In this document: positions 28,303 to 39,321 of the stretch, piece by piece | Position numbering within the stretch: position 1 is the first letter of the stretch | Layout: each line of letters starts with the position of its first letter | Assembly (NCBI GenBank): GCA_963698225.1 | Contig: CAVOPW010000014.1 | Span: 78,033-142,032, forward strand | DNA: 64,000 nucleotides | DNA from: an uncultured bacterium | Lineage (GTDB): Bacteria > Zixibacteria > MSB-5A5 > CAIYYT01 | Reading direction: 5' to 3' | Made by a program: the position numbers and the translations under genes | The notes under the pieces: model-generated | The model's database searches: none | Told to the model about the DNA's origin: nothing | The model's input: the letters and a program-made list of their open reading frames with translations, nothing else

Positions 28303-29724
28303 ATGCTGAAAACCCTGATAGAAAAGGAAATTCGCGACATTATCGGTTCCGCCAAGTTCGCTGTCATCTTTGGCGCCTGCGCTATCCTGATTCTGACCTC
28401 CTTCTATGTGGGAGCCCGCACCTACCAGGCCAATCGCGCCCAATATGAAGCGGCCAAAGCCGAGAATCTGCGCCAGTTCGAGGGCATGACCGAGTGGTTC
28501 AATGTCCAGCAACATCGCATCTTTCTGCCACCGCAACCTCTGGCGTCGCTGGTCAACGGAGTGTCGAACGATATCGGCCGCACGACCGAAGTTTGGGGAC
28601 GCGGCGAACTCTCCGCGCAGGACAGCAAGTTCGGGGACGAACCGATATATGCGGTGTTTCGATTTCTCGACTTGGAGTTCATGTTCCAAGTCGTGCTTTC
28701 ACTTTTCGCCGTACTGCTCGGCTATGATGCCATCAGCGGCGAAAAGGAGCGCGGAACGCTCAAACTCTCGTTTGCCAATGCCGTCCCGCGCGACAAATAC
28801 ATTCTCGGCAAGATCGTCGGCAGCCTGGCGGCGCTCTCGGTACCGCTGTGTGCTGCCCTGGGAATCGGCTGCCTTCTCCTCCCGCTGCTGGGAGTTCCCC
28901 TCTCCGGCGACGACTGGATGCGGCTAATCCTCATCATCCTGACCGGACTGCTGTACTTTGCCGCCTTCCTGACCCTGTCCATATTTGTTTCCGCCCGGAC
29001 CGAACGGTCTTCCAGTTCGTTTCTTGTGCTGCTGGTCGTCTGGATTCTCTGTGTATTGATTGTTCCACGTGCATCAGTTCTAATGGCCGGCCGTGCTGTT
29101 GATGTGCCGTCAGTCGACGAACTGGCTGCCCAGAAGGCTCGCTTCCAGCAGCAGCAGTGGCAGGAAGATCGTGCCAGCTGGTCAAATTTCAAGCCTACCA
29201 AGAGCGACGATCCGGGCGCAATGATGGACGAATTGAATCGCTTTATGGAAGAACAGGCTGATATCCGCGACAAGAAGATGCAGGAACTGACGTCGCGGCT
29301 GAATGAACAGCGCCACAACAAGCAGATCGAACAGCAGGAATTGGCGTTCAGCCTGGCTCGCGTGTCGCCCGCTGCCACGCTTTCGCTGGGAGTGACGAGC
29401 CTGGCCGGAACATCGATCACGCTAAAAAACCATTACAATGATGAAGCCAGGGCCTACCAGACACTTTATGCAAGCTTCATGAAAGAGAAGACCGGCACAA
29501 CTCCCGGCGGGCGCATGTTCATGTTCCGCGCCAGGATCGACGACGGCGAAGAGACCCAGCCCGAGCCGATCAATCCCCAGGAACTCCCGCAGTTTGAGTA
29601 TCACCAGCCCGATCTGGCGCAGTCGATATCGGCAGCCGCACTTGATATGGGGCTCCTGGCTATCTTTAACCTGTTATTCTTCGCCGGAGCGTTTGTTTCG
29701 TTCCTGCGATATGATGTTCGCTGA
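28303..29724 (+). CDS. ABC-2 family permease with long hydrophilic coiled-coil insertion (DUF3526-like), paralog A
   Basis: N-terminal TM, then a 5-TM ABC-2 core ('GEKERGTLKLSFANAVPR' conserved loop). This is followed by ~170 aa of charged coiled coil ('QKARFQQQQWQEDR...EQRHNKQIEQQELAF') and a final TM. The next gene has the same architecture. Confidence 0.7.
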   Translation: MLKTLIEKEIRDIIGSAKFAVIFGACAILILTSFYVGARTYQANRAQYEAAKAENLRQFEGMTEWFNVQQHRIFLPPQPLASLVNGVSNDIGRTTEVWGRGELSAQDSKFGDEPIYAVFRFLDLEFMFQVVLSLFAVLLGYDAISGEKERGTLKLSFANAVPRDKYILGKIVGSLAALSVPLCAALGIGCLLLPLLGVPLSGDDWMRLILIILTGLLYFAAFLTLSIFVSARTERSSSSFLVLLVVWILCVLIVPRASVLMAGRAVDVPSVDELAAQKARFQQQQWQEDRASWSNFKPTKSDDPGAMMDELNRFMEEQADIRDKKMQELTSRLNEQRHNKQIEQQELAFSLARVSPAATLSLGVTSLAGTSITLKNHYNDEARAYQTLYASFMKEKTGTTPGGRMFMFRARIDDGEETQPEPINPQELPQFEYHQPDLAQSISAAALDMGLLAIFNLLFFAGAFVSFLRYDVR

Positions 29725-29748
29725 CAGCCCGGCAAGGAGATTCAGACT

Positions 29749-31215
29749 ATGCTTTCAGTGTTGATACAAAAGGAACTCAAAGCGATTATCTTGAGCCCCA
29801 AATTCACCGCCACGTTCGTCATCTGCTCGCTGTTGATGCTGTTAAGCGTCTTTATCGGAATTCAGGAGTATCAGAATTCGGTCAAGCAATACGACGCCGG
29901 CAAGCAGTTGATTGTCGAGGGCGCCCGCGAAGCAACTTCCTGGAATGCCCTGCGCTATCGGGTTTACCGCGCTCCCGATCCGATGCAGATCTTCGTCTCC
30001 GGGCTCAATTACGACATTGGCCGCTGGTCGGCGATCGACTCGCAGAGCATGGTCAAACTGCGGAACAGTTCATACTCCGACGATCCGATCTTCGCGGTGT
30101 TCCGCTTCATTGATTTCGCCTTCATCGTACTGGTGGTGCTTTCGTTGTTTGCCATCATGTTCACCTACGATGCGGTCAACGGCGAACGCGAGGATGGTAC
30201 GCTGAAACTGGTCTTCGCCAACGCCGTTCCTCGAGCCAGTTACATTCTGGCAAAGTGTATCGGCGGCTGGCTGGGGCTGGTTGTCCCAATATGTCTGCCA
30301 ATACTCTTGAGCATTCTGCTGGTCCAGCTTTTTGGGATTCCGTTTTCTGCCGACCACTGGCTGCGGCTGGCAACCTTGATTGCCGCCGCAATTGCCTTCT
30401 TCACTTTCTTCATCATTCTGGGCGTGCTGATCTCCGCGCTGACCAAACGTCCAAGCGTGTCGTTCCTATTGGCGCTGGTGGCCTGGATTGTGTTCGTGCT
30501 GATCATTCCCCGTGCCGGCGTTATCGTCGCCGGACAGGTACTTCCCGTTCCCAGCACGGCGGAGGTCGAAGGCCAGGTACAGAGTTTTTCGAAGGATCGC
30601 TGGGCAACATTCTATTCTGCCCAGGAAGAACGCTGGCGGGCAAGAAGCCTTCATGACAACCGATCTGAAGGAGATGTATCGTCCGTAGATGAAGAACAGC
30701 TGTGGAAGTATATGGAAGAAGATGATGCCGCGCGCAAGGCCGTGCAGGAAGAAATCGATGAGTTCGACCGCAAGCTCAATGACGACCTGCGGCACCGCCG
30801 TGCCGCGCAAGAACGCCTGGCTTTTTCATTGTCGCGTTTCTCGCCGGCCTCCGCATTCCAGCTCGCGGCGATGGACCTGGCCGGATCGGACATTGCCCTC
30901 AAGTCCCGCAATGAAGAGGCCATGGACGCCTATCGGACACAGTACACGCAGTTCGTTCAGTCGAAACAGGCCGAATCCGGTCCCGGTGCCGGAGCATTTA
31001 CCATTCAAATCGACACAGAAAAAGGCGTCTCGATCGGCACTCCGCGCGATCAGGCCGCCATTGATGCGACACAACTGCCGGCATTCGTACCGCCGTCATT
31101 TAGTTTCGCCGATGCCGCGGCTGCGTTTCTCCTCGATCTGGGGTTGCTGCTGGTCTTCTCAATTGTCGCGTTTGGCGGAGCGTTTGCCGCATTTCTCCGT
31201 TATGATGTCAGATGA
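29749..31215 (+). CDS. ABC-2 family permease with coiled-coil insertion (DUF3526-like), paralog B
   Basis: Collinear with the previous gene ('GEREDGTLKLVFANAVPR', 'LAFSLSRFSPA', C-terminal 'FLRYDVR' in both). Confidence 0.7.
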   Translation: MLSVLIQKELKAIILSPKFTATFVICSLLMLLSVFIGIQEYQNSVKQYDAGKQLIVEGAREATSWNALRYRVYRAPDPMQIFVSGLNYDIGRWSAIDSQSMVKLRNSSYSDDPIFAVFRFIDFAFIVLVVLSLFAIMFTYDAVNGEREDGTLKLVFANAVPRASYILAKCIGGWLGLVVPICLPILLSILLVQLFGIPFSADHWLRLATLIAAAIAFFTFFIILGVLISALTKRPSVSFLLALVAWIVFVLIIPRAGVIVAGQVLPVPSTAEVEGQVQSFSKDRWATFYSAQEERWRARSLHDNRSEGDVSSVDEEQLWKYMEEDDAARKAVQEEIDEFDRKLNDDLRHRRAAQERLAFSLSRFSPASAFQLAAMDLAGSDIALKSRNEEAMDAYRTQYTQFVQSKQAESGPGAGAFTIQIDTEKGVSIGTPRDQAAIDATQLPAFVPPSFSFADAAAAFLLDLGLLLVFSIVAFGGAFAAFLRYDVR

Positions 31216-31236
31216 AAAACCAGCAGGCCGGCCTGC
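31214..31236 (-). terminator. Palindromic hairpin with T-tract (minus-strand sense) between convergent genes
   Basis: GCAGGCCGGCCTGC (31223-31236), followed on the minus strand by TGGTTTTTC. It lies downstream of the DUF5916 paralog and overlaps the last bases of the permease gene. Confidence 0.4.
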
Positions 31237-31272
31237 CCCCGCTGTTCCGGGTGCCCGCTTATATTCGCCTGA

Positions 31273-33940
31273 TCATGATATCGGGATCCAATACGCGATC
31301 TTGAATGCGATGAAATCTTCGCCTTTTGCGCCAAAGGAATCAAAGAGCGCCCCGGGATCCACGGTTTTCCCGATGTTCTTGTCCTCGCCCAGATTCCTTT
31401 GCCAGACGAGATAGAGCGTGCTTCCCGGATGAAATTCCCATCGCAGCACGACATTACTCCTGAATGATCGCACGCCAAAATCAAGAAACGGCAAGGTAAA
31501 CGACTCTTCTCCGTCCGTAACGGCGTAGTATTCATCTCCCGTCTCTTCATCCTGGACGAGCTCAATGGCGGCGCCTTCGGTACTCTCATAGTATCGCAAG
31601 TCGTGACTTCGCGCCTTGATTAATTCGCCGTGTTGATGAAACTTGCCACTCGCTGCATATGGTTCGGCATACACTTCCAGACTGAAATCTGAAGTGAAGT
31701 AGTAGTTCATTCGGACTGTCGCCGAAATCGTTGTGCGGGCAATTCTCGACAAGACGTGACGCACACCATAAGTGCCTTCGCCGCCTCCGTGGCCGGCCAC
31801 CGACGTCACATATTGCCTTGGCTGGTCTTCGCGAGTGTAACGCGGATTGAGGGCAAATTCCATACGCTTGCCCACCCGAGTCGACAAGGAAGTGCCTAGC
31901 GTCCAGAGCCAGCCATCAAGTTCATCCACGCCATAGTTGAAGGACGAGCTGAAACGGGTGGTTCCGGTGCGATTGGTGCCAAATCCGAGTATCCGTCGAG
32001 TAGCCGGCCTCGTTCTGCATCGATGGCCCGCCACGGGTGCGTGAATCGTCCTGCCCTGGAAACTGGCGTTTGACGCCCCAATAGAAGTTCAGGTAATTGG
32101 GTAGGATAAACTCGGAATAGAGTCCGCCTTCGCTGAATTGCCGGTGCCCGCCATAGTTCCAGTTGGCATAGCCGTAGGCTTCGACGTAGTAACTGCGGAA
32201 TATCTTGCCCGGCTTGTTTTCGCTATAACCTATGTTTGCATCAGCGTCAAGGTCATCTGCCTGTCCAAGTCGACCGGCATCGTTCAATTCGAAGTTCGGC
32301 GATTCGGCATTGAAGGACATATTCCAGGTCCAATGCTTACCCCCGGACTTGCGCAGCCCGAGGCCCGAAGAGTAACCTGTCAAGGCTGTCCGAGTCGAAT
32401 CGAATTCAAGGTAGTCTGCGTCCGGCCGCTGGAAATATCTTGCGCTCGACCGCTGGGCCCGGACGATGGCATGCTGCGAACCTCGAATATGACTGAAGCC
32501 GGTGTGCCCGTAAAGCTCGTAAAGACCCTGCTTGAACTTCAGGCGCCAGTCCGCGCCGCCGGTCATGGCGCTCTTGCGCAATCTCTCTTCCAGGCGAGCA
32601 ACATCGTTGAGATCTCGGCCCACCGCAGTTAGTGAAAATCCGACGGTCGATCGTTCCTTGCCGAATTGCTGTTCCACCCGGGCGACCGAGTAGAAAGTCA
32701 TCGGCTCAATTTGCGTCTCATAAGTGGAATCAGTGTCGCGATCGTAGTTTTGCGCGTACTCGCGCTGCGTTAATGCCGTCAGGAACCCGATAGAAGTTCC
32801 GGACTTCAACTTCCCGGTGATCTTGGCAGCTCCCAGAATCGTCGAGTTCGACGGCTGGTGAACTATGTCGCCGATACCATTGTCTCGCGGCGGACCGCCA
32901 ATGCGGCGGGAATAGAAGTAGCCCGGTCCGTTGCCCTCCAGCAGTGACCCGCCTTCAGTGAAGAACGGGCGCTTCTCACTGTAGATTGTTTCGAACGCGC
33001 TAAGATTGATGACGGCCGGATCAGCTTCAACCTGGCCAAAGTCCGGATTGAATGTCGCATCAATCGTCAGATTCGGGCCGAGCCCCATTTTCACATCGCC
33101 GCCGATTCGGGGATCAATGTCCTTTCCGTCCTCGAAAGGATTTCCGGTAAAGTCGCCGTCGACAAAACTCGCATCAGAGGCGAAATAAGGAAGTGCTTCG
33201 ATGCGCCGCGACGGCTTGATACCGACAATTCCCGTTAAGTCGCCGAAGCGAGAAACAAATCCCGTTTCTTCGCGCGGAGTGTAAACCCAGTACGTGTCCT
33301 CGTTGCGCTCGGGAATCCAGCGATTGAAGTTGACGCCCCAAACCTGCTCCGGTTCGGCAGTAAAACGCAGTTGTGAAAACGGAATGGCGAACTCCGCGAC
33401 CCAGCCTTTGTCGTCGACACTTGTGTGAGCATGCCAGACCGGGTTGAACGAATAATCGGCACTGCCTTCAGAATCTTCCGGATAATATCGATCAAACCGA
33501 ACACCGGACGTGTTCACGCCGAAACCGAATCCGGTGCGGCGATCATGATAAGAATCAATCGAAACGATGAACTGCTCGGCCGGACCCTGATTGTCCCGGC
33601 GTTCAAGGTGCATTCGCAGTCTCTCCGGTGAATCGCAGTACAGCCGCGCTCCGATATAGAGCGTATTCTCGTCATACGCGACTGCGACCTCGGTCCTTTC
33701 GAGCGGTTCGGCACCTTCATTGGGAACGCGCTGCAGGAAATCAGAATGAAACTCAGCTTGCTGCCACACTGGATCATCCAGTTTCCCGTCAATCTTGGGA
33801 GCGTGCGGATTGGCCTTGACCGCCCTGATTGTCTTCCTCATTGAATTTGGAATCGTCTGCGCATTGCCAACCGCGCCACCGCTGAACACGAACAATCCCA
33901 GCAGCAAGAGAGTCAAAATGCTACTTCCTATCGAACACAT
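31273..33940 (-). CDS. DUF5916 / CBM9-like outer-membrane-associated protein, paralog 2, split by a +1 frameshift in 31922-32034
   Basis: N-terminus has a signal peptide plus 'IDGKLDDPVWQQAEFHSDFLQ..P..G...ERTEVAVAYDENTLYIGARLY', homologous to 15611-17860. The reading frame switches by +1 between ORF 31922..33940 and ORF 31273..32034; both parts are beta-rich. Confidence 0.65.
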
Positions 33941-34135
33941 AAACGCCGTTCCTCATTTTCAGCAAAAGTACGCACCTGGTTGTCATTCAAGTAGGCTGCA
34001 GGTGTATTTCTTTCCCACTCTGGACATGAATTATTCAAAGATTACGAGAGGCTTCCGCGATTGTTTCGCAATTTTTCTTGTTGCTCCGCTATAACATCCA
34101 TTGATTGGCGGCGACTGAAAATTAACCAAGCAAGT

Positions 34136-35225
34136 ATGAGTACGAAGAGACCATCAAATCGCATTTCGAACAAGCTCGGAAAGATGCCGGGGGCTCTGAT
34201 CTATGTCGGTGTCGAGCGGCAGAATCCGGTTACAATCGATGTTTTGCTCTACTCGGATGATCACCACAGCGAATTTCGCGCCGCGTCGGTTGACGACATT
34301 GTCATGCCGGCTGACCAATCACAGGTGGCCTGGATCAACATCGAGGGTGTACACGATATCAATATCATTGAGAAGATGGGTCAGAAATTCGGCATTCACC
34401 CGTTGATGCTCGAGGATATCGTCAATACCAATAAGCGTCCGAAATTTGAAGATATGGGCGAATACATCCTGACCATGTTCAAAATGCTCTATATCAAGCC
34501 GGGCGGGGAGGAAATTCTGGCCGAGCAGGTGAGTCTGGTCATCGGTAAAAACTACGTCATCTCCTTCCAGGAGGTCGAGGGTGATGTCTTTGAACCGATA
34601 CGCGACCGCATCCGAAAAACCGTTCCCCGCCAGAAATTCCTCGGACCTGATTATCTGGCCCATGCCTTGATTGACGCCGTCGTCGACCACTATTTTATCG
34701 TAATGGAAAGTATCGGAGACAAAATCGAGGCGGCTCAAGACCACCTGATTCAAAACCCGCGGCCCGATAACCTGAACGCCATCTATGCAATCAAGCGCAA
34801 GTTGATCGAGCTGCGCCGTTCGATCTGGCCGCTCCGGGAAGTTCTGGGGTGCTTTTGAGCGCAGCGATTCGCCGCTCATTCACGACTATACCCGGCTTTA
34901 CATGCGCGATTTGTATGAACACGTCGTACAGGTCGCCGATACAGTCGAGACAAACCGCGAGATGGCTTCCGGACTACTGGAGATATACCTGACAAGTATC
35001 AGTAACCGGACCAATGAGATCATGCGATTGTTAACGGTGATCTCTACGATTTTCATCCCCCTGACCTTCCTCGCCGGTGTTTACGGGATGAACTTCGACA
35101 CCCAGGCCGGGCCGCTCAACATGCCGGAACTGGGATCTCCACTGGGATATGTCGGTTTCTGGATCGTGGCGGTTCTGATAGTTGTCGCTTTGTTGTGGTT
35201 CTTCCGCCGACGAAAATGGTTATGA
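34136..35225 (+). CDS. corA: Magnesium/cobalt transporter CorA, split by a +1 frameshift at G4 run 34846-34849
   Basis: 'WINIEGVHD...IHPLMLEDIVN' and a C-terminal 'GVYGMNF' (GMN motif) with two TM helices. Deleting one G gives continuous '...LREVLGAFERSDSPLIHDYTRLYMRDLYEHV'. Confidence 0.9.
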
Positions 35226-35264
35226 CAACAAGACTGTTCTTCGCAACCACCGCTGCTTTCTGAT

Positions 35265-36128
35265 ATGTCGTCTTTCTATCTGCTCTTTGCTGTCGTCGTT
35301 TGGGGCTGGTCCTTCGTAGCTACCAAGATCTGTCTCGAATCACTATCCCCGGTCGATCTGCTGGGCCTGCGCGTCTTCATTGCTCTGCCAATTCTGCTTA
35401 TCTTGGCACGGTTCAGGGGTGCTAAACTTGTCCGCCACCCGCAAGTCTTCAAACAGCTCGCGATCGGATCCGCCGTCATCACCGCACACTTCCTGATCCA
35501 AATCACCGGCCTGCGGTACACCTCTGCGACCAACACCGGCTGGATAATTTCGATCACTCCGCTGGTGACCGTGGCGCTTTCCTACGTCTTCCTCAAAGAA
35601 CAAATCAGCCGCTTCACGATCATCGGAATCCTCGTCGCGACGACCGGAATCCTGCTGTTGGTCTCGCACGGCAACTTGATGAACTTTGCCTGGCTCAAAA
35701 GTATCGGCGATTGGATGATTTTGATTTCCGCGCACACCTGGGCAATATATACCGTCGTTACCCGCGACCTGACCCGCTCACAATCGCCGGTCATTGTCAC
35801 CATCGGCGTGCTGATTCCCACTGCCGCATTGATGCTCACCTACATGCTTGTCACTTCGGATTGGAGCAGTTTCTTGCACTTGCCGGCCAAAGTCTACGCC
35901 GCGCTGGGAGTGTTGGCGGTCTTAGCGACCGCCCTGGCCCATTGGTTCTGGCAGGAAGGTGTTCGCGGCGTGGGTGCGGCGCGAGCCGGAATCTTCCTCT
36001 ATCTTGAGCCGATCGCAACAACAACGCTGGCCGTACCGATGCTCAATGAGGACTTCGGCGTGTTTACCGCAGTCGGCGGATCGCTGGTTTTGGCCGGAGT
36101 CTACATCGCACAAAGAAAGTCTGCATGA
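35265..36128 (+). CDS. DMT-superfamily (EamA-like) transporter
   Basis: Ten predicted TM helices in a 5+5 arrangement with EamA-type repeats ('WGWSFVATK', 'FLYLEPI'). Confidence 0.75.
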   Translation: MSSFYLLFAVVVWGWSFVATKICLESLSPVDLLGLRVFIALPILLILARFRGAKLVRHPQVFKQLAIGSAVITAHFLIQITGLRYTSATNTGWIISITPLVTVALSYVFLKEQISRFTIIGILVATTGILLLVSHGNLMNFAWLKSIGDWMILISAHTWAIYTVVTRDLTRSQSPVIVTIGVLIPTAALMLTYMLVTSDWSSFLHLPAKVYAALGVLAVLATALAHWFWQEGVRGVGAARAGIFLYLEPIATTTLAVPMLNEDFGVFTAVGGSLVLAGVYIAQRKSA

Positions 36129-36619
36129 GCCGTACAAACAGCTTCGTCGTCCGGGAAATAGGACCTGAAGATTCCCAATGGCTTGCGGGCATCCTGATCG
36201 AACATTGGAGTGCTGTGGTAATTGCCCGCTGCGGTCAGCTAATTGACGCCTCGTTGCTGCCCGGATTCGTTGCTGAAGCCGGGGGAGAACCCATCGGATT
36301 ATTGACTTATCGCATCGACGGGGATCAATGCGAAGTAGTCACACTGAATTCTCTTCAAGAAGGCTCGGGAGTCGGATCCGCGCTTCTTGAACGCGCCGTA
36401 CAGGCAGCCCGCCGGAATGGCTGCACTCGCCTCTGGCTAATCACGACGAATGACAATCTCGATGCCATCCGATTCTATTCCAGGCGCGGAATGCGACTTG
36501 TCGCCGTTCATCTGAATGCGCTCGATGAATCGCGCAAGCTGAAGCCGACGATTCCTCGATTCGGCCACTATGACCTGCCGATCCAGGATGAGCTTGAATT
36601 CGAATTTATCTTAGGATAG
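36125..36619 (+). CDS. GNAT-family N-acetyltransferase
   Basis: Acetyl-CoA motif A 'QEGSGVGSALLERAVQAARRNGCTRLWL.T...N..A..FY...G'. Confidence 0.75.
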   Translation: MSRTNSFVVREIGPEDSQWLAGILIEHWSAVVIARCGQLIDASLLPGFVAEAGGEPIGLLTYRIDGDQCEVVTLNSLQEGSGVGSALLERAVQAARRNGCTRLWLITTNDNLDAIRFYSRRGMRLVAVHLNALDESRKLKPTIPRFGHYDLPIQDELEFEFILG

Positions 36620-37418
36620 CCTCTCTACGTTGTATCGGACTTTCCGACGGCCGTTGCTTCACTTCATACTCGTTAAGAGCTACAACTCCGGAACGCGAAA
36701 CAGTGACATAAGTTGGGGCATGGCGGCCGGTCCAGCATCCGGTATTGAAGTACTGCACTTTGCTTCCGGGAAACTGAATCTCTTCAGCGATATGCGTATG
36801 TCCACAGAACGCGGCATCAATGTCGAGACCTTTGCGTGCGGCGTAACTGACGATGCCTCTGGCAACTTCGCCGTTAATTCTAAGCCAGGTTTTGCTCTTT
36901 TCCTTAACGAATCGGCTGATGCGTTGTTTTGATCCGTCGAGGGCCTGTATTGCGTCATATATCCAGGAAGGCACCTTGGAGATATTGGGATAGTTAATGA
37001 TCCACTTGTCGAACTGCTGACCGTGCATTGCGAAAAAGCGTTTGTTTCCGACGCTCCATACAAACTCTTCATGTACCCGGATCCCGACCAGATGCGCCAT
37101 CAGCGGCACCAGTAACTCATCGTGATTGCCCAGTATCCAGACGACTTTGGCACTGCACTCTTCATCAGTGATCTCGCGGAATAGGCTGACCAACTTCCAG
37201 GCATACTTGTCGAGTCGATTGAAATTGAGATCATCAAAGATATCACCGAGCAGGATCAATTGTTGGAATCTCCAGCGCCGCTTGTCGATGCGATACGATT
37301 CGATAAGCTGCAAACATTCCTTGGCCCGGCTGACGCGCGAGCCCAAGTGCACATCGGAGATGATCAAAGTGTGAATCGGCTCAGGTGGATCGTCGTGTTC
37401 GTCAGTTGCGTAATTCAT
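36606..37418 (-). CDS. Calcineurin-like metallophosphoesterase (LpxH-like)
   Basis: 'LIISDVHLG', 'LILLGDIFDD', 'ILGNHD' and 'GHTH' are the canonical metallophosphoesterase motifs. Confidence 0.75.
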   Translation of the reverse strand: MNYATDEHDDPPEPIHTLIISDVHLGSRVSRAKECLQLIESYRIDKRRWRFQQLILLGDIFDDLNFNRLDKYAWKLVSLFREITDEECSAKVVWILGNHDELLVPLMAHLVGIRVHEEFVWSVGNKRFFAMHGQQFDKWIINYPNISKVPSWIYDAIQALDGSKQRISRFVKEKSKTWLRINGEVARGIVSYAARKGLDIDAAFCGHTHIAEEIQFPGSKVQYFNTGCWTGRHAPTYVTVSRSGVVALNEYEVKQRPSESPIQRREAILR

Positions 37419-37556
37419 CGTGTTCTCCCATTATCAGTCGAAAGCATTCGTTACACTGATAACGGGGGATCGCAAAGGATATGGTCAGTTTTTGGTTAAA
37501 AATCGGTTAGTTTGCGCGAAGAACCGCAATGCGTCATGCCGCTGTCCGCCAGCAAC

Positions 37557-39236
37557 TTACAGCTCAGAATTTACAAACAGCTCCGGAGCAACCTTCTGCG
37601 TACAGTGAATTATCTCGCGATCCTGCTCGGAAAGAGCGCCGCGTTCAATCAATCCCTGAACGGATTTCTGCAAAAGCACCATCTTGTCATGAATCGGAAT
37701 CAGTGCCGGATAGTACTCGTTATTGAAGAAGATCAAGTAACGTTCACGCGTGCGTTGATCATTGAGCATTCCGCCGATCGCCTGTTCCAGTTCAATACCC
37801 GTCAGGCTTTCGAGCTCCGATTTGGGTGATCTCATCAGCGCCCCCGTCTGGTCAAGGCTGCTTAGACAACGAAAGACCAATTGCCAGACATCAACCATTC
37901 CAATTGAGTTAACGACTAAAACATTGGCGCTGATCCGCCCGCTTTCGGCATCGGCACGAACACCCTGAAGATAAGGTATGAAATAGTTGTCGGTAATGGC
38001 GCCAAAAGCACTGATGCCTCCCGCCATCGGATCGTCGAGGATGTCTTTGATCGTGAAGTATGGCTTACGCTGGAAACGGGCATCCTGAATCAACATGAAT
38101 TCTTCTTCGGTAAAATGAAACCGTTCCTTCCATAGTTCTTCTGGCGCCAAATCCTTGCGCGTCAAAGAGGATTGGCTGGTGAGCATGCCGATCGCCTGCC
38201 CGCCTCGCCAGACTAAAGGAAGAACTCCGACCGCCCATTCGGCGGAACCGCCGATCTCGCCGATCATTGTCGACAAGGAGCGGCTGTCAGGGAAATTCAA
38301 TCCTTCCAATCCCAGCACGATACCGGGCATTAAATCGCCATCTTTGTCAAACGGCGTCGCGACTCCGGCTTTATTGAGAGTCTCCATCGCAAATGTGTGC
38401 CGGGGACGATCGAGGAAGAATGTGCTCAATTTGTCGACAGACGAGAATCCGTGAGCCGCTGACATTATCTCGGCAATCTCGACCAGCTTGGTCTCGCGCG
38501 GATTGAACTCTTCGAAGTGCACCCCGGCCATCCATCGTTGCACATACGTGTCGGGCAGGTGACGCTTCACTCCGGACTCGGTTATCACCATCGCCGTAAA
38601 TGAGGAATGCGATCCTTCGACCGACTTGGTCGTGCCGTCGATGACGTCATTGCCTAGCGACAGAAGCGACACATTTTGGGGCAACTTGAGTCCATACTTG
38701 GCGCGATGTTCCGGTTTTCCGAAAACTGCGCCGACCGCGATCGTCGGATTGCCGCCCGCCTCGACTCCCGGCTTGACGCGGACACCTTCGGTGATCGCGG
38801 ACTCAATGATGATTTCCTCGCCCACCGGCAATGTTTCGGTTGTCGTCTGCAGAACCTCGGACATGACTTGCGCCGCCGTGCGGTCATTGGCACGCTTGAG
38901 GTTATTCTTGAGTTCATTTGTGATCAGGTGCTTGGGCACTGCATTCAAACTGCCTCTGCCGTGCAAACCGACCGAAATCGCCGACAACGCCGCAGAAACG
39001 ATCACGGACTGACGAACTTGCCTATTTCGCAACGCTCCCAAGTTCGATTTGGGATTGATTCGATTGGAGAGGTTGAGAATTGCGCAGGATTCCAGTTCCA
39101 AGTCATAGTTGGCCAACACGGCACGATGGCGGTGATTGAATTCAATGACCCGGTCCTTTTCAAACCCGAATTCCGTCATCGGACCGGTATATTTAAGTCT
39201 CTGATCTGCTACATCATAGCGCAGGTTGTTACCCAT
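37557..39236 (-). CDS. GlpX-family (class II fructose-1,6-bisphosphatase-like) protein with ~200-aa extra C-terminal region
   Basis: Collinear matches to GlpX: 'NDVIDGTTKSVEGSHSSFTAMVI' (versus 'VDPIEGTRMTA.GQANA.AVLA'), 'DRPRHTFAMETLNKAGV' (versus 'KPRH...I.E....GV') and 'EIGGSAEWAVGV' (versus 'GIGGAPEGV'). Total length is 559 aa against ~330 aa for typical GlpX. Confidence 0.55.
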   Translation of the reverse strand: MGNNLRYDVADQRLKYTGPMTEFGFEKDRVIEFNHRHRAVLANYDLELESCAILNLSNRINPKSNLGALRNRQVRQSVIVSAALSAISVGLHGRGSLNAVPKHLITNELKNNLKRANDRTAAQVMSEVLQTTTETLPVGEEIIIESAITEGVRVKPGVEAGGNPTIAVGAVFGKPEHRAKYGLKLPQNVSLLSLGNDVIDGTTKSVEGSHSSFTAMVITESGVKRHLPDTYVQRWMAGVHFEEFNPRETKLVEIAEIMSAAHGFSSVDKLSTFFLDRPRHTFAMETLNKAGVATPFDKDGDLMPGIVLGLEGLNFPDSRSLSTMIGEIGGSAEWAVGVLPLVWRGGQAIGMLTSQSSLTRKDLAPEELWKERFHFTEEEFMLIQDARFQRKPYFTIKDILDDPMAGGISAFGAITDNYFIPYLQGVRADAESGRISANVLVVNSIGMVDVWQLVFRCLSSLDQTGALMRSPKSELESLTGIELEQAIGGMLNDQRTRERYLIFFNNEYYPALIPIHDKMVLLQKSVQGLIERGALSEQDREIIHCTQKVAPELFVNSEL

Positions 39237-39321
39237 ATTAACCTGTCCTTCTCAATGGCATGTTTGAATTGGGAATCGTACAATCAACATCGAGCTTATG
39301 ATACAGCTTAATTTCGGGCAA

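Noticed and set aside
33941-34135. Possible M-box (Mg) riboswitch upstream of corA.
   Set aside because: I could find no M-box-like conserved core, and the region is short and A/T-rich, like a plain promoter.
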